Source: Chthoniobacterales bacterium
GTDB lineage: Bacteria > Verrucomicrobiota > Verrucomicrobiia > Chthoniobacterales > Chthoniobacteraceae
DNA length: 43,368 nucleotides
Assembly: GCA_038207335.1 (NCBI GenBank)
Contig: JBBQZX010000036.1
Location: forward strand, 1 to 43,368
Direction: 5' to 3'
The notes below the pieces were generated by a model that saw only the letters and a list, made by a program, of their open reading frames with translations, made no database searches and was not told the origin of the DNA. The position numbers and the translations under genes were made by a program. Below, in pieces: positions 26,604 through 35,412 of this stretch (position 1 is the stretch's first letter; every line of letters begins with the position of its first letter).

Positions 26604-28199
26604 TCAGGAGACCGTGATTTGCAGGAGGTCGGCAGTCGCGAGTTCAAGTTCGTCGTCTGAAAGTCCCGTGTTCCGTGCAATCTGCACGCGATTCTGCCGA
26701 CCATACGCTTCGACTATCACCTCCAGCACCTGACTTTCGTTGTAGGTATAGGTCAGCTCGACCGGAGACCCTTTCGGGAGAAAAGGCGGCAGTTCGATGT
26801 CGCACACACCCAGAGGGGTGCATTCGCTCGGCACCGTGCTTTCGCCCTCCACCACACGCACGATTGCGTTTTTCATGTTCGATCGCGCGGTGCCAAATGA
26901 GTTCTTCATCTCGGACGGCACGGGCGTCATTTTTCGGATCATCGGGAAGACATACTCCTCGATTTTCCCGTCGTCCCACAGCACTACCCCGAGCGTGTGA
27001 GTGGTGATGTTCGTGACTTGGATGAGCTGGCCCGCGTCGTCAGAAAACTGATCTCGCACCTCCATCGGCAGCACACGCTCGCCGCCTTCATCCTCCTCGC
27101 CGAGCAGCGCGAGAATGCCCTGAATCGCGGCTCCGATCGCCACGGCTTCATCAGGGCTCACGTCGTCCGCGGCGGGCACGTTTGAGATTGCGGCGACCAT
27201 GTTCCGAACGGATGGCATCCGCGTCATGCCCCCCGTGAGCAGCACGCGGTCGATGCTGCTCCAGTCCATATTCGCCTCCTGCATCACGATCTCGCAGATC
27301 GCCTTGCACTTTTCCATCAAGTGCCGACAGCGGTTCTCAAATTCGTCGCGCGTGATCTCCAGCTTCACGCTTTTACCGTTGAAGCTGTGGACGATCGTCG
27401 TGCGCTCACGGCTGGAAAGTTGAATTTTTGCGGTGAGCGCCCGGCTGTAGAGATCCTGGTAGCTTTGCAGGTCGAGCAGTGGATTTTCGCCGTGAACGCT
27501 GTCGAATTCCTCGGCGACCCAATTCACGATCACATCGTCCCAATCCTTTCCACCGAGCCGATGGTCGCCGTTGCTCGCGACCATGCGGATGTGGTTGTTC
27601 TTGATGTTCATGATCGTCACGTCGAACGTGCCGCCGCCGAGATCGAAGACGAAAACCGTTTGGTTCGAGTGCAATTTGTCGAGCCCGTATGCGAGCGCCG
27701 CGGCAGTCGGCTCGTTGATGACTTGAAGGACATTCAGCCCGGCGAGCTGACCCGCGTGCAGCGTGGCAGTGCGCTCGGCATCATTGAAATATGCGGGCAC
27801 CGTGATGACCGCGTCGGTCACCGGTTCCCCGAGATATTTTTCCGCATCGAGCTTCAGCTTTTTCAAAATGAGAGCCGAGAGTTCCTCCGCCGAATAAATC
27901 TTGCCGTTGAACTCCCGCGAAAACAGCGCCTTGCTCTTGCCCATTTCGCGCTTCACGAAATCGACGATTTTCTCCGGCTCCGCGACTGCATTTTGCTTCG
28001 CCGTCGTGCCCACGATCGCGTTTTGCCCGTCGAACAAAATCACCGACGGCGTGATGCGTTCGCTGTCGGAATTGGGAATGATCTGCGGCTTTCCGTAGGC
28101 ATCGACATGCGCTACGGCGCAAAATGTCGTGCCGAGGTCGATGCCGACCGCCTTGCGTTGAGCTTTATCGGTACCGGGATTCGTCGAAGAGAGATGCAT
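26604..28199 (-). CDS. Hsp70/DnaK-family paralogue lacking the C-terminal lid
   Basis: GIDLGTT, TPSV, VITVPAYFNDAER, INEPTAAALAYG, DLGGGTFD, LGGKDWD, GGMTRMP, PDEAVAIGAAIQ; ends shortly after SBD-beta; alternative TTG start at 28244. Confidence 0.92.
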   Translation of the reverse strand: MHLSSTNPGTDKAQRKAVGIDLGTTFCAVAHVDAYGKPQIIPNSDSERITPSVILFDGQNAIVGTTAKQNAVAEPEKIVDFVKREMGKSKALFSREFNGKIYSAEELSALILKKLKLDAEKYLGEPVTDAVITVPAYFNDAERTATLHAGQLAGLNVLQVINEPTAAALAYGLDKLHSNQTVFVFDLGGGTFDVTIMNIKNNHIRMVASNGDHRLGGKDWDDVIVNWVAEEFDSVHGENPLLDLQSYQDLYSRALTAKIQLSSRERTTIVHSFNGKSVKLEITRDEFENRCRHLMEKCKAICEIVMQEANMDWSSIDRVLLTGGMTRMPSVRNMVAAISNVPAADDVSPDEAVAIGAAIQGILALLGEEDEGGERVLPMEVRDQFSDDAGQLIQVTNITTHTLGVVLWDDGKIEEYVFPMIRKMTPVPSEMKNSFGTARSNMKNAIVRVVEGESTVPSECTPLGVCDIELPPFLPKGSPVELTYTYNESQVLEVIVEAYGRQNRVQIARNTGLSDDELELATADLLQITVS

Positions 28200-28240
28200 T
28201 GGCAGATTTGCGAGTGGCAGGATTTGGGCCACAGGGTGAG

Positions 28241-29122
28241 TCAATCAAGTTTTGGCTCGGGCACGAGTGCAACAAGTGAACCTTCCTTATATTTTTTTAT
28301 GACAACCTCCTCGGCGCGGACGACGCGATGTTTCCAGAAAAATCCACGCTTTGCCGATCTGACGATAAGCGTGTCGTCGGCGGGATCTTCGGCCGGCTCC
28401 ACGGCGACCGCTCGCTGCAAACGCTTGTCGAGTTTTCCCGTGCCGATCGGCATAGGTGTCACTTCGAGACGCGCGAGCACCTCGAGGATGTAGGTGGCGT
28501 GGTGCGCAAGATTTGTGTCGAGCACTCCCATCCGCGTGAGTGACTCCGTGTTTTCCGAAAAACCGTCTGCGATGCCTCGCGCCTGCCGCTGAATTTCCAC
28601 GACGTCGTCATACAGCGAGATCATATCGCGGATGATCGGGCGATGGACGGAATCGAGAAGAAAGCCGTCTTTGTAGCCGCGCAACTCCTCGTGCAGCGCA
28701 TCGAACATGCGTTGATTCAGCCCGGTCTTTTGGTCAATAAGCCCGCGGAGTTCACTCACGATTTGAGGCAACCCGCTCTGTGACTCGGCCAGCGAGTGTT
28801 GCGAGCGGTCGATGCGGCCGAGAATCGTGGAATTGTCCCCTACCGCGCGCGTTAACGCCTCGATCCCGAGCACGACCGGACGAAGGGGCTGAGGCAAATT
28901 GGTCGCCTGGCGCACCGCTTCGCGGGTTGCTTCGAGGGTCGATTCAGCCTCAGCGGCGCTGATTTCGCCGGCCACAGGAAGCGGGAGAACCACCTGGGCA
29001 GTGGATTCTTCTGACCTGCGCGATGCCGCGGCGCGGCTCTCGAGATCCTGCTGCGCCTCCTCGAAAAGACCGCGCAATTCAGAGTCGAAGTCGATGTCGG
29101 CAGCTTGTTCTGTATCGGGCAT
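28241..29122 (-). CDS. GrpE-like nucleotide exchange factor with extended N-terminus
   Basis: Long coiled coil, then LARLEV...GKLDKRLQRAV...IVRSAKRGFFWKHRVVRAEEVVI, matching the GrpE head pattern (FDP.H.A...V....GY....RV.R.A.V.V); directly upstream of the Hsp70 gene. Confidence 0.75.
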   Translation of the reverse strand: MPDTEQAADIDFDSELRGLFEEAQQDLESRAAASRRSEESTAQVVLPLPVAGEISAAEAESTLEATREAVRQATNLPQPLRPVVLGIEALTRAVGDNSTILGRIDRSQHSLAESQSGLPQIVSELRGLIDQKTGLNQRMFDALHEELRGYKDGFLLDSVHRPIIRDMISLYDDVVEIQRQARGIADGFSENTESLTRMGVLDTNLAHHATYILEVLARLEVTPMPIGTGKLDKRLQRAVAVEPAEDPADDTLIVRSAKRGFFWKHRVVRAEEVVIKKYKEGSLVALVPEPKLD

Positions 29123-29190
29123 ACGGCGCAAACCTAAGCGGATTGCTTGCCACGCGTCGGACGAACGCACGCGCACGCGATTTTTTTTAG

Positions 29191-30729
29191 CTATGAAGAC
29201 GCCGCCGCGAGCAGTTTCGCGATCGCCGCGAGCAGGCCCGGAATGTCATACCGCTCCGCCTCCACATCGACCCGGAGACCGTGGTCCCTCATCGTTTTCG
29301 AGGTGATCGGGCCGATGGACGCGGTGCGCATTCCGGGAGGCAGAGGCAGCTTCAGCGCGAGAAAATTCTCAACAGTGGAGGAGCTGGTAAATGTAATGAG
29401 GTCCGCGCCCTCCTGCTCGAATCGCGCGCGCGCACCGCTCACGTCGTCCGTCTCGGCGACAGTTCGATACGCGATCGCTTCGTCCACGATCGCACCAAGC
29501 TTCGTGAGCTCACGCGGTAGCACATCGCGCGCGTTTTCAGCTCGCGCGAGAAGGATTCGCAGGTTCTCGACCGAGCCGTCTTTCTGGAAAGCAGCGACCA
29601 CTCCCTCAGCCACGAATTCCTCCGGCTGCAGATCGACTTGCAGATGAAACTCGCGCACACGAGCCGCGGTCGCCGGTCCGATCGCGGCGATCCGCATGCC
29701 GCCTATTTCCCGCACATCGCGGTAGATTTTGAAGAACATCTCAAAGAACGCATCGACGCCATTCGGGCTCGTAAAGACCAGCCAGTCGTATTGGTGCGCG
29801 TCCTGCACGAGTTGGCCGAACTCCAGCAATTCTTTCGGCGGCTCGATGCGGATCGTAGGCATTTCCAGCACATCCGCACCGAGCGCGCGCAGCCCCGCAG
29901 TCAAGGCCCCTGCTTGCTTACGCGTCCTCGTGACGACGACACGCTTGCCGAAAAGCGGGCGCGTCTCGAACCAATTCAACGAATCGCGAAGCGTGACCAC
30001 GTCGCCAAAAACCGCGACCGCTGGCGCGGCAAATCCGGCGTCCGCGACTTTCTGCGCGATGTCCGCGAGCGTGCCGCGCAGCGTCTGCTGCCGCCCTGTC
30101 GTACCCCACCGCACCAGCGCGACTGGCTGGTTCGAGGGAGCGCCATTCGCGAGAAAATGCGCGGAGATTTGAGCCAGCCGCTCGACGCCCATCAGCATGA
30201 CTTTCGTCCCCGGCTGCGTGGCGAGCCGCTGGTAGTCGAGCGAACTCTCGGGCTTCGTCGGATCTTCGTGCCCGGTGAAAATCGTGAGCTGCGATGTGTG
30301 CTCGCGATGCGTGACTGGAATTCCGGCATACGCCGGTGCTGCGAGCGCGGAAGTGACTCCGGGAATGATCTCGAACTTCAAGCCTGCCTCCGCCAGCGCA
30401 AGAGCCTCCTCACCGCCGCGTCCGAAGAGGAATGGATCGCCGCCCTTGAGCCGCACGACGCGTTTCCCCGCCGCAGTCTTCTCGACGAGCAGCGCATTGA
30501 TTTCTTCCTGTTTCAGCGTGTGCTGTCCCGCCTTCTTGCCCGCGTAAATGATTTCCGCGCCCGCCGGCGCCCATTTCAAAATGTCGGGGTTGCACAGGTA
30601 ATCGAACACGATGACCTCGGCCGCCTCGACGACCTCGCGGACTTTCAAAGTAACGAGCCCGAGATCGCCCGGCCCCGCGCCAGCAAGGTGGCAGAGTCCG
30701 GCGGATTTGGCGGCAGATTTGCGCTTCAT
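29191..30729 (-). CDS. cobA: Fused uroporphyrinogen-III C-methyltransferase / uroporphyrinogen-III synthase (CobA/HemD)
   Basis: GAGPGD, RLKGGDPFLFGRGGEE, PGVTS, GIPVTHR; then PLFGKRVVVTR, FTSPNGV, IGPATA, FTSSSTV, IGPITS. Confidence 0.93.
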   Translation of the reverse strand: MKRKSAAKSAGLCHLAGAGPGDLGLVTLKVREVVEAAEVIVFDYLCNPDILKWAPAGAEIIYAGKKAGQHTLKQEEINALLVEKTAAGKRVVRLKGGDPFLFGRGGEEALALAEAGLKFEIIPGVTSALAAPAYAGIPVTHREHTSQLTIFTGHEDPTKPESSLDYQRLATQPGTKVMLMGVERLAQISAHFLANGAPSNQPVALVRWGTTGRQQTLRGTLADIAQKVADAGFAAPAVAVFGDVVTLRDSLNWFETRPLFGKRVVVTRTRKQAGALTAGLRALGADVLEMPTIRIEPPKELLEFGQLVQDAHQYDWLVFTSPNGVDAFFEMFFKIYRDVREIGGMRIAAIGPATAARVREFHLQVDLQPEEFVAEGVVAAFQKDGSVENLRILLARAENARDVLPRELTKLGAIVDEAIAYRTVAETDDVSGARARFEQEGADLITFTSSSTVENFLALKLPLPPGMRTASIGPITSKTMRDHGLRVDVEAERYDIPGLLAAIAKLLAAASS

Positions 30730-30780
30730 GAGGCGCGGGACGCTAAGGGGGCGCAGCGAGCCCGCCAAGCCAAACGGACA

Positions 30781-31725
30781 CTAACCGCCCATTCCCAACT
30801 CCTCGAATAACTGCCGTGCCACCGCCTCCGGCTCGCTCGCAAGCCCGGCGGCGCGTGCCTCCGCAGGCGGCTTGCCCTCGTCTCCAAACAAAATTCCCCG
30901 CATCTCCAGCGCTTCACCACGCAGCTCACAGCGCACTCCCACCGGCAGTGAACAATCCCCTGACAGCAGACGCTGCAACTCCCGCTCCGCCCGCACGCAC
31001 ACAAACGTCGGAGCATGATTGATCCCCCGAAGCACCTCACTCACTTCCGCCCGTTCGACACAGCTTTGCAGCGCGATGGCCCCCTGCCCGATCGCCGGCA
31101 GTAGATGCCCGCCAAGCGAACTCACGCGAAATCGCCACGCCTCAAACTCCAGCACACCGCCACTCAACTCGAAACCGAGCCGCTCCAGCCCCGCCTGTGC
31201 CAGAACGATCCCGCCAACCTCCACCGATTCGCCAAGCTTCCTCAGGCGCGTTTGCACATTCCCACGCCAATCCGCGATCGCGATATCCGGCCGCAGCCAC
31301 CGAATCTGCCGTGCCCGCCGGATGCTGCTAGTACCGACAATCGAGCCCCGCGGCAACGCATCGAAATCCGCAGCCTCGCGCGTGATCAGCGAGTCCGCAG
31401 TCGGCGCGCGCTCAAGCACCGCCGTGAGCTGCAACCCCGGCGGATTATGACCCGGCAAATCCTTCAGACTATGCACCGCGACATCGATCTCCCCGGCGAT
31501 CAGTGCCTCTTCCAACTCCTTGGTGAATAGCCCTTTTCCACCGGCTTCACTCATTTTCACCAAGCTCAAATCCAGCTTCCGATCACCCCGCGTCGTGAAC
31601 TTCCGCACCTCGACCTGCAGCCCGGGAAAGCTGTGTGCAAGAGCCTTTCTTGTCAGTTCGACCTGCGCTACCGCAAGCGGAGAAGCTCGCGTACCGAGAA
31701 TGAAGCGAGAGCGGGAAGCGGCCAT
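30781..31725 (-). CDS. hemC: Hydroxymethylbilane synthase (porphobilinogen deaminase)
   Basis: GTRASPLA..Q, GKGLFTKELE, AVHSLKD, GTSSIRR, RGNVQTRL, PAIGQGAI, GDCSLPVG. Confidence 0.95.
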   Translation of the reverse strand: MAASRSRFILGTRASPLAVAQVELTRKALAHSFPGLQVEVRKFTTRGDRKLDLSLVKMSEAGGKGLFTKELEEALIAGEIDVAVHSLKDLPGHNPPGLQLTAVLERAPTADSLITREAADFDALPRGSIVGTSSIRRARQIRWLRPDIAIADWRGNVQTRLRKLGESVEVGGIVLAQAGLERLGFELSGGVLEFEAWRFRVSSLGGHLLPAIGQGAIALQSCVERAEVSEVLRGINHAPTFVCVRAERELQRLLSGDCSLPVGVRCELRGEALEMRGILFGDEGKPPAEARAAGLASEPEAVARQLFEELGMGG

Positions 31726-31820
31726 TCAAATAAGGCAGAGCAAAAAACGCCGAACGCCCACACAAGAAAGATTCGCCGGCCCCACATTTGCACTTCGACG
31801 GTCGATGTTCTCCTCCCTCT

Positions 31821-32885
31821 TCATCCCTTCGCTCTCTCCGGTGCCGCACTCGGAAAACGCATCGCAGCGGGCAGCCCGCCGCCCGTTAGCCACTCGCCAA
31901 ATTCCGCTACATGCCGCTCAATCATCTGCTCGCAAATCGTGAGCTCCCCGCGGCGCGTGTTCATCGAATGATCAGCGATCGCCTGCAGAGAATCGATGTC
32001 GTAGAGATACACGCCGTCGATTCCATTCACGGCAGGATCAATGTCGCGAGGCACCGCGAGATCGATGCAGAAAAGCGGACGATCGCGCCTCGTGCGCATG
32101 ATCGGCGCGAGCTTTTCCACAGTCAGGACGTGGTGAGGCGCGGCAGTCGAGCCGATGAGAATATCAACGTCGTGAAACTCGTTTTGCCACTCGTCGAAAT
32201 GCACAGCCTTGCCCGCCATCGCCTGTGCCAGAGCAGCCGCGCGGTCGTATGAACGGTTCGCGACGAAGATCGTTTTCACTCCGCGCGCCTTGAGCGCACC
32301 AGCCGTCAACTCGCTCATTTCTCCCGCCCCGAGGATCATCACATGGCAGCGCGCGAGATTGCCGAAAATCTTCTCCGCAAGCTCCACCGCGACCGACCCT
32401 ACCGACACCGACCCGCGCGTGATATTCGTGTTCGTGCGCACCTCCTTCGCGACGTTAAACGCGCGCTGGAAAAACTTATTGAGATGCCGCCCCGTAGCGC
32501 CGCTTTGTTGCGCGGCTTGGTACGCTTTTTTCACCTGCCCGAGGATCTCCGTCTCGCCGAGCACCATCGACTCCAGCCCACTCACGACGCGGAAAAGATG
32601 CCGCAAACTCTGCCCAGTCGGCAGTCGATAAAACGCCTCGCCGTATGTGGCCGTACCGCGCGCCGCGACAAACTCATCAACCGCCGCAAATCCATGCACC
32701 GGGTCTTCCGCGGCTACGTAAAGTTCGACCCGATTGCACGTCGAGACGATGACCGCCTCACCGACGCCGCGAGCTTTTGCCAGCGCCTGAGCGGCGGCGG
32801 CAAGTTCGCCATCCGGAATCGCAAATTTCTCGCGCAGCTCGACGGGCGCGGTGTGGTGGCTGAGGCCGAAGCAGAGGATGTGCAT
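31821..32885 (-). CDS. hemA: Glutamyl-tRNA reductase (short form)
   Basis: HHTAPVELRE, STCNRVE, GLESMVLGETEILGQVK, GAGEM, DLAVPRD. Confidence 0.95.
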   Translation of the reverse strand: MHILCFGLSHHTAPVELREKFAIPDGELAAAAQALAKARGVGEAVIVSTCNRVELYVAAEDPVHGFAAVDEFVAARGTATYGEAFYRLPTGQSLRHLFRVVSGLESMVLGETEILGQVKKAYQAAQQSGATGRHLNKFFQRAFNVAKEVRTNTNITRGSVSVGSVAVELAEKIFGNLARCHVMILGAGEMSELTAGALKARGVKTIFVANRSYDRAAALAQAMAGKAVHFDEWQNEFHDVDILIGSTAAPHHVLTVEKLAPIMRTRRDRPLFCIDLAVPRDIDPAVNGIDGVYLYDIDSLQAIADHSMNTRRGELTICEQMIERHVAEFGEWLTGGGLPAAMRFPSAAPERAKG

Positions 32886-32925
32886 CAGCGGGAAGAATTC
32901 GGAGAACGACCGTTGCCCATCTTCA

Positions 32926-33720
32926 TCACACGCCCTTCTCCGTGATGAACGTAAGCCCCCACAGCGTGCAAAGCACGACGCTGAATGCCGCCACCGACAG
33001 CCAGGCCACGCTCCGACCGCTCACTTTATGGCGGAAAATGCCGAGCAAAATGATCGCGTAGAGCAGCCACACGCCGGTGGACCAGACGATCTTCCCGAGA
33101 TGCGCCTGCACGTTTCCCATTGCGAATCCGGCGAAGAGTCCGATGGTCAAAAGGCCGAAGCCGGCGAGCACGAGGCGGCGGTTTGCGACCGCGAGATCGC
33201 GGATCGGCGGCATGTGAAAAAAGATCGAGTGGATGTGGTGCGTCTTCAGTTGCCGCTCCTGCGCGAGGTACATCGCCCCAGCGACACATGCCAGCGCGAA
33301 GGCACCGTACGCAACGACCGAAATCGCCGCATGCAGTTCCAGCCAGGCATTCGGCTCGAGCCGGAGTTTCGACGGCACGTCGATGGCGGGTGCCAGCAGC
33401 GCGCCGCCTTGCAATAAAAAAGCGAGCGGCGACGTGAACGCGCCGAGCAGGGAGAGTCGGTAGGCGGGGCCGATGAGCAGATAGAAAAGCACCATCGACC
33501 AGCTCAGAAAGACGAGGACTTCAAAGAGGTTCGTGAGCGGGCAGCGGCCGAGCGACTGACCGCGCAAGTAGAGGAATGCGGTCTGGAAAAGGAAACCCGT
33601 GAGGATCGCGAAAAGATTCAGCCGCGAGTGGCGGTAAACACGCGCACCCAGCTCGTGCATCGTGTAGGCGAAACCGAGCAGAAAGCAGAATGTGGAGGCG
33701 ACAAGCAACAGGCGGTGCAT
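32926..33720 (-). CDS. Cytochrome c assembly protein CcsA/HemX-like membrane protein
   Basis: Multiple TM helices; CPLTNLFE, WLELH, MYLAQERQLK, KIVWS; first gene of the hem operon. Confidence 0.8.
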   Translation of the reverse strand: MHRLLLVASTFCFLLGFAYTMHELGARVYRHSRLNLFAILTGFLFQTAFLYLRGQSLGRCPLTNLFEVLVFLSWSMVLFYLLIGPAYRLSLLGAFTSPLAFLLQGGALLAPAIDVPSKLRLEPNAWLELHAAISVVAYGAFALACVAGAMYLAQERQLKTHHIHSIFFHMPPIRDLAVANRRLVLAGFGLLTIGLFAGFAMGNVQAHLGKIVWSTGVWLLYAIILLGIFRHKVSGRSVAWLSVAAFSVVLCTLWGLTFITEKGV

Positions 33721-33814
33721 GAGACGGACGGGCAAGATGCCGACGAGGCGGTCGCTTTGCAAACGGCGAAGAATCGGGGCGCGCACCGGCACGGCGACGC
33801 GCGATTTTGGGAGC

Positions 33815-34285
33815 ATGAGCAATCACACCAACTCAAACGCCGTCTCGACCCTCAACCACCTCATCCAGACGCTCAAAGACGGCCATCTCGGCTTTCAAGC
33901 GGCCGCTCAAGACGTGAAATCTCCCGACCTCCGCGCCACTCTCAGCGAATACTCGCTCCAGCGCTCCCGCTTCGCCGGCGAACTGCAGGCGCTCGCGCAT
34001 TCACTCGGCGAATCCAATCCCGAGGACAGCGGCTCCGTGAGTGCCGCGCTGCACCGCGGCTGGATCGATATGATCGCCGCGCTGACCAACAAGGACGACC
34101 ACTCGGTCTTGGCCGAATGCGAGCGTGGCGAAGACTCAGCGGTCGCCGAATTCCGCACCGCCATCGCCGACGAAGAGCTGCCGCGTAACGTCCTCGACAC
34201 CATCTCGCAGCAGTATTCTGCCATTCGGGCGGCGCACGACAACGTCCGCGACCTCCGCGACGCACTCGCGAGCGCTCCGCGTTAA
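33815..34285 (+). CDS. PA2169/DUF2383 family ferritin-like four-helix-bundle protein
   Basis: LNHLIQTLKDG..GF, GSVSAALHRGWID, LAECERGEDSA. Confidence 0.9.
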   Translation: MSNHTNSNAVSTLNHLIQTLKDGHLGFQAAAQDVKSPDLRATLSEYSLQRSRFAGELQALAHSLGESNPEDSGSVSAALHRGWIDMIAALTNKDDHSVLAECERGEDSAVAEFRTAIADEELPRNVLDTISQQYSAIRAAHDNVRDLRDALASAPR

Positions 34286-34297
34286 AAAGCCCCGCGC

Positions 34298-34837
34298 TTA
34301 CTTCTCCGGCATAAAGCTTTTCGTCGCCTTGAGCTGTTCGTAATTCGGGAAAAACGCATCCACGAAATAGGTCTGTCCCGCCGCGAGATCGCGCGTGGAC
34401 ACAGTCACCGAATACTCCAGCCGCTCGCCGGGATTGATCGCCACGAGCGTCAGCTCCTGCGCGAACGACTGATCCTCCGACCACTGCTCGATCATCTTGC
34501 CGGCTCCATTTCGCACGAGCACCTCGATCCTCTGCGTCGTGGGAAAATCGAGCTGCACGAGCTTCCCTCCTTTATTCACGAGCTGCAGGGTCACCTTGAG
34601 CTGCCGCGTCTCCGATAGGCTTAACGGCTGAGGCTCCAGCCGCACCGTCATCGCGAGCTGTTTCCACTTCGCTGCCGCCTCATTCGGACGCGGCCCGCTG
34701 TGCTGAAAAAACTTCCACGGCATCATCAGCTTCGAGCCGAGGCCCGGCTTTTTCTCGACGCTGCCGGGCTCCTCGGATGCGCCCGCGGATGCGAGCGAGA
34801 GGCAGAGGGCGAGGAGAAAGATCAGACGTGCATTCAT
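34298..34837 (-). CDS. BsuPI-like putative proteinase inhibitor domain protein, exported
   Basis: Signal peptide; LDFPTTQRIEVLV...QWSEDQSFAQ...INPGE matches the BsuPI pattern (F.SGQ..D...W.WS....F.Q). Confidence 0.7.
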   Translation of the reverse strand: MNARLIFLLALCLSLASAGASEEPGSVEKKPGLGSKLMMPWKFFQHSGPRPNEAAAKWKQLAMTVRLEPQPLSLSETRQLKVTLQLVNKGGKLVQLDFPTTQRIEVLVRNGAGKMIEQWSEDQSFAQELTLVAINPGERLEYSVTVSTRDLAAGQTYFVDAFFPNYEQLKATKSFMPEK

Positions 34838-34904
34838 CGTCGGACGAATACGCCAGCGGGCTCGTGGGTTGCAAATCGCATTTGGGCCGGCAGACTCCGC
34901 GGCA

Positions 34905-35390
34905 ATGAAATTCGCTCGCGCACTCCTCCTTCCGATCCTCGCGCTCAGCCTCCTCGGCATGGCGAAAAAGCCGCAAATTTCGGTGCGGTTTCACGCCGAG
35001 GCGAATCCGCGCGACGGCGAGCCCTTTACCGTCCCTGCGAAATTTCACAACCCCGACCGCGATGGCGTCGTCGAGAAAATCCCGGTCGTCTCCGAGCGCG
35101 ACATCCGCGCGATCTATCCGGTGCCTGCTGCGGACGGCACATTCGGATGCCTCTTCCAACTCGACGACCACGGGCGCGTCGGACTCCAGACCGTCAGCAC
35201 CGAGCGGCGCGGCGCACTACTCATCGCATTCATCAGCACGAAAGCCGGCACGCACCAAGCCGCCGAGCTTCTCATCGACAAGCCGATCGTCGATGGGAAA
35301 ATCTACATCCCGAGCGGATTGACGCAGCTCGAGATCGAGGCGCTGCAAAAGCAATTTCCGACGCTCGGCCAGCGCGGGAAACGGAAGTGA
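34905..35390 (+). CDS. Secreted protein resembling a stand-alone SecD/SecF P1 head subdomain
   Basis: Signal peptide; VSERDI...FQLDDHG...STERRG..L...IDKPIVDGKIYIPSGLT..E pattern. Confidence 0.55.
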   Translation: MKFARALLLPILALSLLGMAKKPQISVRFHAEANPRDGEPFTVPAKFHNPDRDGVVEKIPVVSERDIRAIYPVPAADGTFGCLFQLDDHGRVGLQTVSTERRGALLIAFISTKAGTHQAAELLIDKPIVDGKIYIPSGLTQLEIEALQKQFPTLGQRGKRK

Positions 35391-35412
35391 CGCAGCGCAG
35401 CGCGGCATCCGC

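Noticed and set aside
26604..28199. Calling this gene the housekeeping dnaK
   Set aside because: No lid, divergent linker, and no canonical dnaJ or hrcA context; treated as a paralogue
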